Assembly: GCF_963921235.1 (NCBI RefSeq)
Contig: NC_086110.1
Span: forward strand, 13,764,001 to 13,828,000
DNA from: Mobula hypostoma
Taxonomy: Eukaryota
DNA length: 64,000 nucleotides
Direction: 5' to 3'
Shown here in pieces: positions 24,660-37,777 of this stretch (its first letter is position 1; every line of letters starts with the position of its first letter). The notes under the pieces were generated by a model. That model did no database searches and was not told the origin of the DNA. It saw only the letters and a program-made list of their open reading frames with translations. Both the position numbers and the translations under genes were made by a program.

Positions 24660-27600
24660 AGTAGCCCTTTATGTCTCCTTGCAACCGGCCATTTTTTCCA
24701 CTCCTCTGCCCTTTCAGAGGTTCATTTTGTAATGAAGCAAAATGAATGGCAGTGACTGGAGTTGAGGAGCAAAGGTTCACACAGTGTTCCATATCTGCCA
24801 GATAGAACTCGGTGTTCCCAGTTGAGTTTCCCTGAAAGAAGTATCCGAAGATTGTATTGAGGTCAATTCAGGTAATTTGGAATTTGAGAAGACCTACGGA
24901 TTGGTCCAAGATCGTTTCCGTTGGACACGAGTGAAGCCTGAATTTAAAAAGTACCTTATGTCGTGCATCCAATATATTCGGAGGAAGAAGCTGCCGACTA
25001 GAGTGTCTATCAGACGCTGCCACTATCCCATTTACAAAGAACAGAACGACTTAATTTAGGGTGTATGTAATCCTTCCATAGAGCTTAATTCCAGTAACAC
25101 TGCGAATGTCTTGGTCATCACCGACTAATACACCAGATATGGCTCAAACATTCTCCACTAAGGATCAGAGCATATCCATAGTTGCCAAAGTGTATAGGAT
25201 AAATTATTATTCATTATGGATGCACAGTGACCAGGGAAGGGATTTTAAGAGTCGGACCATATATGAGTTACTCAGTATGCTTCGAGTTATGAAGTCAAAG
25301 ACTACGCATGTCACCCCCAAGGTGATCCTCAGCCTGAAATATTCAACAGAACATTGCTAGACATGCTTGGGACTCTGGATGCCAGCAGAAAGAGAAAGTG
25401 GAGCCAACTAATTAGATATTTGATACACTGCTACAACTGGACACAAAATGAAAAAAAAAACTGGCTACTCCCCATACTATTCGATATTCGGGCAAGAAAC
25501 GAGGTTACCTATAGACATTTGCTCTGGAACCTCCGGGTTGGGGGGGTGGGGAAGAACTTTCTCCAGAACATGTATCTCAAGTATGTGTCTAACGTGAGGA
25601 AAGAAATGTAAAAATCACGTGAGCTAGCAGCAGTTTTGGTTAGCAAGCAAAAGCGCGGAAACCAGAAGAGATACGGTCAAGGATTCATGTTCTGTCAGTT
25701 GGTGCCTCGAGAAAGAGTTCTAATCATAAACTTGGTACTACAGCGGAAGCATATGTTTGCCAACCACTCGGTTTCTATGTCTTGCGTGTCAGGGTCCGGT
25801 CCGTCGATCCGTATTCCAGGTTTTCCGGTATTCCCTTGTCCTGTTGTGTTTCCAGTTTTCCCTTAATTGAGGCACATGATTCTCATTTTGGTCTGGCTAC
25901 ATAAATAGCTCCTGGGTTCAGCTTCATTTCCTGGACTGTTCCCTTCCGTTCCCTTCACTTTCCTCTTCCTCCTGAAGCCTTGACTGCAACCTTCGTCTGA
26001 AGCCTTTTCTTGCAATCATGCCTGCAAACTTTGCCTGAAGCCTTGCAAGCGTCCTCGCCTGTATCGCTTTCAAGTTCTACCGCCGGAGCTAGACCGGAGT
26101 TTTATTGTGTCTACATAAGGAATTGTCCATCGTTGTTTGGAACTGTCTCTGTATCCACGCCTTCAATAGGTAGGTCCGGCCGCTTGCCGCTACCTTGTGT
26201 TGAGAACCGTCTCTGTGTGCACGCCTTCGCTAGGTAGGTCCGGCCGTTTGCCGCTACCTTGTGTTGGGAACCTTCTTGTCGTGTTCAGCATTCTGTGTAT
26301 GAGCGCTAGGTGCTGTTCCCAAGGAGTGGTCCCAGCTCTGTCTTCTGTGTATGAGTCCAGGCCCTACGTCCTGTTCCCAAGGAGATGCCCTGGCTCATGT
26401 TCCATGTTCCTGTCTCTCAATTTCAAGGCTCCATGTTCCCATGCTCTAGACCAAGGCTGCGAGCTTCTAGTCCTCGTCCAAGGCTACGAGCGCCCAGTCC
26501 TCGTCCTAGGCTCTCGGGTTCCTGTCTCCCAAGACCACGGTTCTGTGCTTCCTGTTCTTCCAAACCCAAGTCAGGGCTTCGGGGTGTCGTCCTGTCCTTG
26601 TGCCTCGCCCAGCCCAGGAGTACCTCGCCCTGTCCAGGAAAGCCTCTAAGAATCCAAGTCTCGTCCAGTCCTGTAGCCACATCATGCCTTCGCCTAGTTC
26701 TGGAGTCCGAGCCCGAGTTAGGACCCAGGTTTTGCGTCCTTGTCCTGTCTCTGGCTCGGAGTCCATACCCAAGCCTCGAAGAACCCAAGCCTCGTCATGT
26801 CCTCGCCTAGTTCCGAGGTCCGAGCCGATTCAAGACCCAGGTCCTGGGTCCTTGTCAAGTCTCTGGCTCGGAGTCCAAGCCCAGGCTCCAGGTTCCAAAG
26901 TCCTTGTCCTGGTCCCACTTTCCTAGCCAAAGTCCTAGCCCAAGTCTATGTTTTTGTCCCAGCTCCTAGTCTGTGTCCTGTCATGTCCCTAACTCTAGTC
27001 CTAGTCCTGTTATGACGGAATAGCCCAGTCATACATATATCCAGCGACACAGGCACTATCGTGTTACTGTCGCCATCCTGAGTTCTCTCCTGTCGCATGA
27101 CCCCCCGCCCCGCCCCGCCCGCCCGTGTCGTCCATAGTCTAAGGAAGCCTTTTCGGTAGCCAAGAGCCTCCCATTGAGGAGAGGTGGTACTGTCATGGCC
27201 CGGTCTTTGAAGTCCGTTTTCCGGTTCAAGGTCCAGTTCATCGATCCGTATGCAAGGTTTTCCGGTTTCCCTTGTCCTTTTGTGTGCCTTAATTGAGACA
27301 TATTATTCTCATTTTCGGATGGCTACGTAAATAGCTCCTGGGTTCCGCTTCACTTGCTGGACTTTTCCCTTCCCTTCCCTTCACTTTCCTCTTCCTCCTG
27401 AAGCCTTGCCTGAAGCCTTTGCCTGCAACTTTGCCTGAAGCCTTGCCCTCGTCATCGCCTGTATCACTGTCAAGTTCTACAGACGGAGTAAGACCGAAGC
27501 CTTGCTGTGTCTTGATAAGGAACTCTCTATCGTTGTTTGGAACTGTATGTTTGTGTCCTGGCCTTCGCTAGGTAGTTCCGACCGTTTGCTGCTACCTTGA

Positions 27601-29295
27601 GTTGGGAACCGTCTCTGTGTCCACGTCTACGCTAGGTAGGTCCGGCCATTTGCCACTACATTGTGTTGCGAACCGTCTCTTCCTGTTCAGCATTCTGTTT
27701 ATGAGTCCCGGCCCTATGGCCTGTTCCCAAGCAGGGTCCCGGCTCTGTGTTCTGCATATGAGTCCCGTCCCTACGTCCTGTTCCCAAGGAGGGGTCCCGG
27801 ATCTGTGTTCCATGTTCCTGTCTCTCAAGTCCAAGGCTCCGTGTTCCCGTGCTCTCGACCTTGGCTCCAAGCGTCCAGTCCTCGTTCAAGGCTCCGAGGT
27901 TCCTGTCTCCCAAGACAATGGCTCTTGTGTTTCCTGTTCTCCGAGGACCAAGTCAAGGTTTCGCGGTCCCGTCCTGTCCTTGTGCCTCGCCCAGTCCAGG
28001 ATACCTCGTCCTGCCCAGGAAAACCTCGAAGAATTCAAGTCTCATCCAGTCCTGTAGCCACGTCATGTCCTGGCCTTTTTCTGGAGTCTGAGCCCGAGTC
28101 AAGACTCAGGTTTTGGGTTCCTGTCCAGTCTCTAGCTCGGAGTTCATACCCAAGCCTCGAAGAACTCAAGCTTCGTTATCTCCTCGCCTAGTTCCGGGGT
28201 CCGAGCCGAGGGAAGACCCAGGTCCTCAGTCCTTGTCCAGTCTCTGGCTCCGTGTCCAAGACCAGGCTCCTCGTTCCAAGTTCCTTGTCTAAGTCGCGCT
28301 TTCCTAGCCAAAGTTCTAGCCCAAGTCTGTGTTCCTGTCCCAGCTCCTAGTCTCTGCCCTGTCATGTCCCTAAATCTAGTCCCAGTTCTGTTCCAAGGAC
28401 TTCGGTGTCTGAGTCTTGCATTTGGATCCGCTCCCAGCGCCCCCGTTATGACATTGCCTGGTGGAAAGCCAGATGTCAAATTTGCTAGATTTCCTGGTGA
28501 AGCCCTAACATGGCAATCGTCTTGTCAATATTCTTCATTAGAACCATCTTTTACTCCAAGGGCAGGAATTGCATGTTAGCCCAGAGTCTGAAATGGAGCC
28601 CACACCAAGTAGAAAACTCTGCGCAGAAGGAGAATAGAAATGCAACAAACTGACAATAGTGTGATTTCAGAGGAAATTCATTAGAATATTGTGATACTAA
28701 TAATAAATAAAGACGCTCGCAGAATCCGCCAGAAGGGGAGACCCTGCTGTAAGATGTGATTTGAGAAGACGAATAGGCACATGAAAGAAATGTAAATATT
28801 TCTCAGTTCGCCAGTTCGTTTATAACCATCTTCCGGGGAAGTCCAGACTGTGGCTGCGGACATGGGTTCATCACCGAGTACTTAAAGTGAAGCACTCGAC
28901 TATCCAAAAAATGAGCTGGACGTTCATGTGCACACTTTGACTGGTTTAACTGTAATGGGCCCTTTACCTTTATTATTCTATTAACTTTTTTTTTAAGTTG
29001 AAATACCTGTAAATATGCTTCCGCTTTAATTTTATGCCGGTATAAGTTCTGTCAATTCCTGGTGAAAGATAAATGTGCGTGGGGCAGTAATGATACAGCA
29101 TTCACCGCAATTTTCGTTCCAATAGAACAATCCACCTTTCCATTTTAGTTGACCTCGGATTATACCGACTCTCGACATGTGTTGCTTATTGACTGTGGCC
29201 TTCGCACAGTTACTCATGCAAAACTGGGTCACGTGGTTGTTAGCCAGGGTCACTAACAAGCCTCGCTTGTTACGAGCATCAGTGAGAGCGTAACA
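24660..29295 (+). mobile_element. Degenerate Gypsy LTR retrotransposon (integrase region and 3' end), interrupted at 25787-28453
   Basis: EKTYGLVQDRFRW..SCIQ (H2C2 region), HSDQGRDF and HPQGDPQPEIFNRTLLDMLGTL. The frame continues across the insertion as SMSCVVESQM. Ends gtaaca at 29295. Outer limits approximate. Confidence 0.85.
25787..28453 (+). mobile_element. Non-autonomous LTR element: LTR (25787-27017), 173-bp internal region, LTR (27191-28453)
   Basis: TGTCA...TGACA termini, TSD TTGCG/TTGCC, two diverged direct repeats of about 1.25 kb each with an ataaata TATA-like box, and purine-rich gaggagaggtgg-tac just before the second LTR. Confidence 0.85.
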
Positions 29296-29389
29296 CCGAA
29301 AGTAACCTTTCACAAAATTCCCGCAATCTCGCGTTAGTCAAATTGCAAAGAGAGGAAAACCTTCTGCTTCCAGGATCAAAGGCACTAAT

Positions 29390-29770
29390 TAATACAGCAG
29401 CCGAGAGCCACTTTTATTTCCGACAATTTGCTGCTGACTTTTCACTTGACAACAAAACACTCCAAAGACTGCGACACTAACATTCAGGAGGGTAAATGTA
29501 CCCTTGTTATTCTTTACATTGAACTACTGTTTTCTGCTAACTGATTCTATAAATGCCCCCTCCCGGGTAAATGTACCCTTGTTATTCTTTACATTGAACT
29601 ACTGTTTTCTGCTAACTGATTCTATAAATGCCCCCTCCCAAACGGAACTTCAGCAATATTCTGTAGAACTGGAAATTTGGAGAACATGGATGCAGTCCCA
29701 CCGATTGCGACGTTTAAGATCAGAGGGATTACTCCACTTTGACTGAAGTTGCTTTTACGGTTGACAAATC
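29390..29770 (-). pseudogene. Decayed VJ-type Ig V exon of paralog B
   Basis: Reads ..QSGVIPLILNVAIGGTASMF(S)KFP.. then, after a frameshift, VWEGAFIESVSRKQ*FNVKNNKGTFTLLNVSVAVFGVFCCQVKSQQQIVGNKSGSRLL. First Cys is TCC, the DxGxYxC motif has decayed to VFGVFCC, and a J-like GNxSGSRLL follows. Acceptor reads cacttat, and there is an internal 75-bp tandem duplication. 3' boundary approximate. Confidence 0.8.
29490..29639. repeat. Perfect 75-bp tandem duplication inside the V pseudo-exon
   Basis: 29490-29564 is identical to 29565-29639. Confidence 0.97.
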
Positions 29771-29937
29771 ATAAGTGAGAAAAATGAAAACAGTTGCATA
29801 CACTGTACAAAGAATCAGTAGACGAAGTAGGAAGAAGAATGAAGAAAAGTCAAAGTGTAATTAATCTATAATCTAACTAGTGTATAATTTTATAAATTGT
29901 CTTAGCTCGGAAAAATTCGTACAATAATGAAGCGTAC

Positions 29938-29982
29938 CTTGTCAAAATACAGCGAAAAAAGTCACTCACTGAGCTGTTGCAT
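29938..29982 (-). pseudogene. Candidate leader exon of paralog B
   Basis: ATGCAACAGCTCAGTGAGTGACTTTTTTCGCTGTATTTTGACAAG|gtacgc. It is 45 nt with an in-frame TGA, and lies 167 nt upstream of the V exon, the layout expected for an Ig-type leader. Confidence 0.5.
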
Positions 29983-30184
29983 CTGTAAGTTTTAGCAAAT
30001 AAAACAAAGTGACGCTTTATGTTTAATAGAAGTTAAACATTGTAACATGTTTAATTGAACTCCAAAACCTACACACTAAAGTGCACTGACACTCTTTACG
30101 TGATAACCCGAATGTAATTACGTTACCCGACACAGCGCCTCCCCAACCCAACACGCAACCCCCCACCCCCATCCCCCCGCAAAG

Positions 30185-30665
30185 AGTCTACTTTCGGAAT
30201 GAGGTCACATTCAGTTTGGACGAGACATATCTTATGTTCCGCCAGGGTAACCTGCAACCTGATTACATGAACATCGATTTTTCGAACTTCCGGTAATGCT
30301 ACCTTTCTTCACCATTCCCGATTCTCACTTCCCTCTCTCGCCTTGTCTTCTTACCTGCCGATCACCTTCCTCGTCTGTTCTTCCCCTTTTTCTTTTTTTT
30401 TTCCATGGCCTTCCATCCTCTCCTACCAGATTACCCCATCTCCAGCCTTGTATCTCTTTCAATAATCAACTCCCCAGCACTTTAGCTCACCCCAGCTCCA
30501 GTGTTCACCTGTCACCTTGTGGCTCTTCCTCCGCTCCTCTCACCTTATTACTTGACTCCTCATATTTCCCCAATTCTGATGAAGGATGTCGGCACGAAAC
30601 GTCGATTGTGCTCTTTCTCTAGATGCTGCCTGGCCTGTTGAGTTCCTCCAGCATTTTGAGTGTGT
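30185..30665 (+). mobile_element. Penelope-like element 3' fragment
   Basis: End of the GIY-YIG ORF (gggtaacctgcaacctgattacatgaacatcgat) followed by the pyrimidine-rich tail shared with 39340-39750. Confidence 0.75.
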
Positions 30666-31303
30666 TGCGTTTCCTCTGTTTTAGCGAATAAGATACGTTG
30701 AAGCACGTTATTGGTCTTTAATCTTTTAGTGGTCCGACAGTAGGGAAGAACACCAATGAGGTTCCGGTGAAGTCATCGTTCAGAATGGTAGCTTAAATCA
30801 ACAGCTCCTCCCGCATATTTTGCCCCATGAGTCCATCAAATATAAGTTCTTTCGAAAATATCTGAATTGATAAGGGGAGCAAGAATGGGAAAAATTAATG
30901 GTTATTAAAAAAGCATCACTGCGGAGCCTATGGAAGAGAGAGGTGCAGCGCGCGGTGGCAAGTCTGACGCGGGGCCTTGTACAGCCGAAGGGACAAATAT
31001 GATAAGGCTTCTGGAAGAGATAAAGGAAGTCCAAAAAGATATAAAACAGCAACTCAATGAAATAAAGTCAGTGTTCGCCAACGTCAATCAGAAAATAGCG
31101 GTGGCAGAGACTCGAATTGAGAAGGTGAAAAATCACATGCAAAAAGTGGAACAGATAATAAGTAAGATGATAAAAATATTAAATCAACAGGAAAGTAAAT
31201 TGCTTGACCAGGAGGAAAGATCGCGTCAGAAAAATATCAGGATTTATAATATTCCCGAACGAGCGGAGGAATTATCGATGATGGACTTTGTAGAAAAGCG
31301 AGG

Positions 31304-32133
31304 TGTCATGTGTGACGCCATGCACAGCTACCGGATGGATGATGCTAATGAGAGAGATAACGGAAGACAATGGAGAAATATTCAAAATGCTAATAAGAGA
31401 GAAGAGAGAGATTAACGAGAAAGAAACACAATTCAGATATTGACAGACCGTTTGCTTTGAACCTGAACTGTTTGAAGTTTGATGGACAGGTGATACCCCA
31501 GCAGTGGGATAAAAAGAGCAGGTTTGCTAAGGCACAAGACACGACACGAGACCCTGGAAAGAGCAGTGTGCCCCTCCCCCACCCCCCCAAGTTGGTAGGA
31601 GTTTGCAGGACCGGTTCGCGGATATCAGTCAGAGGCTCACAGGGTGTAAAGGTACAATCGGTGGGAACCTGTAGTGTGTGTCCGCTCTTGCCTGGGTGCC
31701 GGGTTCACCGCGGAAGAATGATCGTATCCGGAACAGAGGGCTCACAGTCGATGATCACAGTGGGATCAGAAGACAGCAAAAGGTCTGCCCGAAACCAACT
31801 GCATCTCTCTCTCTCTCTCTCTCCCCGCCCCCCCCCCCCAACGGTACAACAACAGCGATTACTTCGAACGGCACTAGACTGAACTACACTCTGCTTCACT
31901 TAAGATTGATCATTTTACCCCTAGACTGCGATAGAGCTTGGTTGATTCCTATCAACCTATTTCTGAGCATATGTTTGTAGTATCATTGCTAACCTGTTAC
32001 ATTTATATCCTTGCTATTAGTGTACAGTATTACTTATTTCTTTAATAAAACTTTATTAATTCCTAGTAATCACAGACTCCAACGAGCGTTCCATTTCTGC
32101 TGGTTTGGCAAACCATTTACGGGGTACGTAACA
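31304..32133. mobile_element. Solo LTR (830 bp)
   Basis: TGTCA...GTAACA termini and a perfect 4-bp TSD GAGG (31300-31303 and 32134-32137). Confidence 0.85.
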
Positions 32134-33696
32134 GAGGATAAATGCGTGGCTGAGGGATTGGAGTAGGGGGCAGGGATTCAAGTTTTTGGATTATTGGGAC
32201 CTCTTTTGGTCCAGGTGTGACGTCTACAAAAAGGACGGGTTACACTTGAATCTTCGGGGGACCAATATCCTGGCGGGGAGATCTCCGAGGGCTACTGAGG
32301 TGACTCTAAACTAGAATGGATGGGGTGGGGCGGTGGGAATCAAATTAAAGAGACCAGGAGAGAGGAGGTTAGTTCACAAATAGAGAAAGCTAGTAGACAG
32401 TGTGTGGGGGAGGATAGGCAGGGGACAGAAATCAGGAGCACTCAGACCAAAGATGTAGGGGGCAAGGAAGAAAAAGATAACAAAGTTGTTTACTGCATTA
32501 AGGGTGAAAAGAGAGTCAGAGGTGGAGAGTTTCTTAAATGCATCTATTTTAATGCTAGGAGCATTTTAAGAAAGGTGGATGAGCTTAAAGCATGGAGTGA
32601 TACCTGGAAATATGATGTTGCAGCTATTAGTGAAACGTGGTTGCAGGAGGTGTGTGATTGGCAACTAAATATTCCAGGATTTCGTTGCTTCAGCTGTGAG
32701 AGAATTGGAGGGGTAAGAGGGGGAGGTGTTGCATTGCTTGTCAGAGAAAATATAATAGCGGTCCTCTGGCAGGATAGATTAGTGGACTCGTCCAGGGAGG
32801 CTATTTGGGTGGAATTGAGGAATAGGAAATGTATATTGACGCTTATAGGGGTGTATTATAGACCACCTAATGGGGACCAAGAACTGGAGGAGCAAATTTG
32901 TAAGGAGATAGCAAATATTTGTAGTAAGCACTTGTCAAATGTGTGGAAGATAGTCTTTTTTTGCAGCTATACATAGAGGCACCAACTACAGAAGGGGCAC
33001 TGTTGGATCTCCTGTTAGGGAATGAGATAGGGCAGGTGACGGAGCTATGTGTTGGGGAGCACTTCGGGTAGCAGTGATCACAATATCATTAGTTTCAATA
33101 TAATTATGGAGATGGATCGGACTGGATCCAGGGTTGAGATTTTTGATTGTAGAAAGGCTAACTTTGAGGAGGTGCGAAGGGATTTAGAAGGAGTGGATTG
33201 GGACAATTTATTTTATGGGAAGGATGTAATAGAGAAATGGAGGTAATTTAAAGGTTAAATTTTGAGGGTACAGGATCTTTATGTTCCTGTTAGGTTGAAA
33301 GGAAAGGTTAAAAGTTTGAGAGAGCCATGGTTTTCAAGGGATATAGGAAACTTGGTTCGGAAAAACAGGGGGATTTATAATAAATATAAGCAGCTTGGAG
33401 TTAATGAGGTGCTCGAGGAATATAAAGAATGTAAAAAGAATCTTAAGAAAGAAATTAGAAAAGCTAAAAGAAGATACAAAGCAGCTTTAGCAAGTAAGGT
33501 AAAAATAAATCCAAAGGGTTTCTACAGTTATAGAAATAGCAAAAGGATAGTGAGGGATAAAATTGGTCCCTTAGAGAATCAGAGTGGACGGTTATGGGCA
33601 GAGCCAAAAGAGATGGGGGAGATTTTGAACGATTTCTTTTCTTCGGTATTCACTAAGGAGAAGGATATTGAATTGTGTAAGCTAAAGGAAACAAGA

Positions 33697-36607
33697 AACC
33701 ATAGAAACCATAGAAACTACAGCACAGAAACAGGCCTTTTGGCCCTTCTTGGCTGTGCTGAACCATTTTCTGCCTAGTCCCACTGACCTACACAGGGACC
33801 ATATCCCTCCATACACCTCCCATCCATGTATCTGTCCAATTTATTCTTAAATGTTAAAAAAGAACCCGCATTTACCATCTCATCTGGCAGCTCATTCCAT
33901 ACTCCCACCACTCTCTGTGTGAAGAAGCCCCCCACCCCTCAATGTTCCTTTTGAACTTTTCTCCCCTCACCCTTAACCCATATCCTCTGGTTTTTTTCTC
34001 CTCTTGCCTCAGTGGAAAAAGCCTGCTTGCATTCATTCTATCTATACCCATCATAATTTTATATACCTCTATCAAATCTCCCCTCATTCTTCTACGCTCC
34101 AGGGAATAAAGTCCTAATCTATTCAACCTTTCTCTGTAACTGAGTTTCTCAAGTCACGGCAACATCCTTGTAAACCTTCTCTGCACTCTTTCAACCTTAT
34201 TTATATCATTCCTGTAATTTGGTGACCAAAACTGAACACAATACTCCAGATTCGGCCTCAACAATGCCTTATACAACCTCATCATAACATTCCAGCTATT
34301 ATACTCAATACTTTGATTAATAAAGGCCAATGTACCAGAAGCTCTCTTTACGACCCTATCTACCTGTGACGACACTTTTAGGGAATTTTGTATCTGTATT
34401 CCCAGATCCCTCTGTTCCACTGCACTCCTTAGTGCCTTACCATTAACCCTGTATGTTCTACCTTGGTTTGTCCTTCCAACGTGCAATACCTCACACTTGT
34501 CTGTATTAAACTCATTCTGCCATTTTTCAGCCCATTTTCCCAGCTGGTCCAAATCCCTCTGCAGGCTCTGAAAACTTTCCTCACTGTGTACTACACCTCA
34601 AATCTTTGTATCATCAGCAAATTTGCTGATCCAGTTTACCACATTATCATCCAGATCATTGATATAGATGACAAACAACAATGGACCCAGCACTGATCCC
34701 TGTAGCACACCACTAATCACAGGCCTCCACTCAGAAGCAATTCTCTACCATCACTCTTTGGCTTCTTCCATTGAGCCAATGTCTAATCCAATATACCACC
34801 TCTCCATGTATACCTAGCGACTGAATTTTCCTAACTAACCTTCCATGCGGGACCTTGTCAAAGGCCTTACTGAAATCCATGTAGACAATATCCAGTGCCT
34901 TCCTTTCATCCACTTTCCTGGTAACCTCCTCGAAAAAGTCCAATAGACTAGTCAAACATGACCTACCACGCACAAAGCCATGTTGACTCTCCCTAAAAAG
35001 TCTGTCTATCCAAATGCTTGTAGATTCTGTCCCTTAGTACTCCCTCTAATAACTTACCTACTACCGACGTTAAACTCACCGGCCTATAATTTCCCGGATT
35101 ACTTCTCGATCCTTTTTTAAACAACGGAACAACATGAGCCACTCTCCAATTCTCCGGCACCTCACCTGTAGACAGCGTCATTTTAAATATTTCTGCCAGG
35201 GCCCCCGCAATTTCAACACTAGTCTCCTTCAAGGTCCGAGGGAACACTCTGACAGGTCCCGGGGATTTATCCACTTTAATTTTCATCAAGACAGCAAGCA
35301 CCTCCTCCTTTTCAATCTGTACAGTCCATGATCTCACTACTTGATTCCCTCAATTCCATAGACTTCATCCCAGTTTCCTTAGTAAATACGGACACAAAAA
35401 ACCTATTTAAGATCTCCTCCATTTCCTTTGGTTCTGCGCATAACTGACCACTCTGATCTTCAAGAGGACCAATTTTATTCCTTACAATTCTTTTGCTCTT
35501 AATATGCCTGTAAAAGCTCTTTGGATTATCCTTCACTTCGCCTGCCAAGGCAACCTCATGTCTTCGTTTAGCCCTCCTGATTACTTTCTTAAGTATTTTC
35601 TTGCACTTCTTATACTCCTCAAGCACCTGATTTACTCCCTGTTTCCTATACATTTTATACAACTCCCTCTTCTTCTTCATCAGAGTTGCAATAACCCTTG
35701 AGAACCAAGGTTCCTTATTCCTATTCAATTTGCCTTTAATCCTGACAGGAACATACAAACTCTGCACTCTCAAAATTTCCCCTTTGAAGGCTTCCCACCT
35801 ACCAATCACATCTTTGCCAGAGAACAAGCTGTCCCAATCCAAGCTTTTTAGATCCTTTCTCATTTTTTCAAATTTGGCCGCCTTCCGGTTCAGAACCTCA
35901 ACCCTAGGACCAGATCTATCCTTGTCCATGATCAAATTGAAACTAATGGTGTTATGATCACTGGAACCGAAGTGCTTCCCTACACAGACTTCCGTCACTT
36001 GTCCTAACTCGTTTCCTAACAGGAGATCCAATATTGCATCCCCTCTACTTGGTCCCTCTATATATTGATTTAGAAAACTTTCCTGAACACATTTTACAAA
36101 CTCTAAACCATCTAGACCCCTAACAGTATGGAAGTCCCAATCAATGTATGGAAAATTAAAATCCCCTAACACCACAATTTTATGTTTCCTGCAGTTGCCT
36201 GCTATCTCTCTGCAGATTTGCTCTTCCAAGTCTCGTTGACTATTGGGTGGTCTGTAATACAATCCCACTAATGTGGCCATATCTTTCCTGTTTCCCAGTT
36301 CCACCCATAAGGACTCAGTAGACAAGCTCTCTAATCTGTCCTCCCTGAGCACTGCTGTAATATTTTCCCTAACAAGCAATGCTACTCCCCCACCTTTCAT
36401 TCCTCTGCCTCGATTACATCTGAAACATCGGAACCCTGGAATATTAAGCTGACAGTCCTGCCCCTCCTGTAGCCAAGTTTCACTAATTGCTATAACGTCA
36501 TAATTCCAAGTGTCAATCCACACCCTCAACTCATTCGCCTTCCCCACAGTACTCCTGGCATTGAAATATATACACCTCAGAAGATTTTTACCACCACTTA
36601 CAACCTT
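33697..36607 (-). mobile_element. CR1 LINE with a near-complete ORF2, nested in opposite orientation
   Basis: 411-codon APE endonuclease ORF (35312-36547: ISETWL, VVLGDFNFP, LDLLL, SDHN) followed by frameshifted RT ORFs; (tttctatgg)n tail at 33697. Confidence 0.93.
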
Positions 36608-37777
36608 TCATAAGGGTAGTTATGGAAAGTAAGACGATTATAGAAGAGGAAGTACTGGCGCTTTTAAGGAATATAGAAGTGAATAAGTCTCCGGGTCCGG
36701 ACGAAATATTCCCTACGACCTTGAGGGAAGTTAGTGTGAAAATAGTAGGGTCTCTGACAGAAATATTTCAAATATCATTAGAAACAGGGATGGTGCCTGA
36801 GGATTGGCGTATTGCTTATGTGGTTCCATTGTTTAAAAAGGGTTCTAAGAGTAAACCTAGCAATTATCGGCCGCTGAGTTTGACATCAGTGGGGGGTAAA
36901 TTGATGGAAAGTATTCCTAAAGTTGGTATATATAATTATCTGGATAGACAGGGTCTGATTAGGAACAGTCAACATGGATTTGTGCGTGGAAGGTCATGTT
37001 TGACAAATCTTATTGATTTTTTTGATGAGGTTACCATGAAAGTTGACGAGGGTAAAGCGGTGAATGTTATCTATATGGACTTCAGTAAGGCCTTTGACAA
37101 GGTTCCACACGGAAGTTTAGTTAGGAAGAGTCAATCATTAGGCATTAATATCGAAGTAGTAAAATGGATTCAGCAGTGGCTGGATGGGAGACACCAGAGA
37201 GTAGTGGTGGATAACTGTGTGTCAGACTGGAGGACGGTGTGCAGTGGTGTGCCTCAGGGATCTGTACTGGGTCCGATGTTGTTTGTCATATATATTAATG
37301 ATCTGGATGATGGGGTGGAAAAATGGATTAGTAAGTATGCACATGATACTAAGATAGGTGAAGTTGTGGATAATGAAGTAGGTTTTCAATGCTTGCAGAG
37401 ATATTTATAACAGTTAGAAGAGTGGGCTGAAAGATGGCAGTTGGAGTTTAATACTGAAAAATGTGAGGTGCTACATTTTGGTAGGACTAATCAAAATAGA
37501 ACATACATGGTAAATTGTAGTGCATTGAAGAATGCTGTAGAACAGAGGGATCTAGGAATAATGGTGCATAGTTCCCTGAAGGAGGAATCTCATGTGGATA
37601 GGTTGGTAAAGAAAGCATTTGGTATGCAGGCTTCTATTAATCAGAACATTGAGTATAGGATTTGGGATGTAATGTTGAAATAGTATAAGGCATCGGTAAG
37701 GCCAAATTTGGAGTATTGTGTGCACTTCTGGTCACCGAATTACAGAAAAGATGTCAATAAAATTGAAAGAGTACAGA

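Noticed and set aside
25787-28479. Numerous overlapping 70-176 aa ORFs on both strands (also at 1023-1855)
   Set aside because: They arise from GC-rich, internally repetitive LTR sequence poor in stop codons, and show no protein motifs.
30745-30760. TSD for the large L1/Tx1 element (aagaacacc versus aagaaaccc near 49902)
   Set aside because: The match is short, imperfect and A-rich, so it cannot be distinguished from chance.
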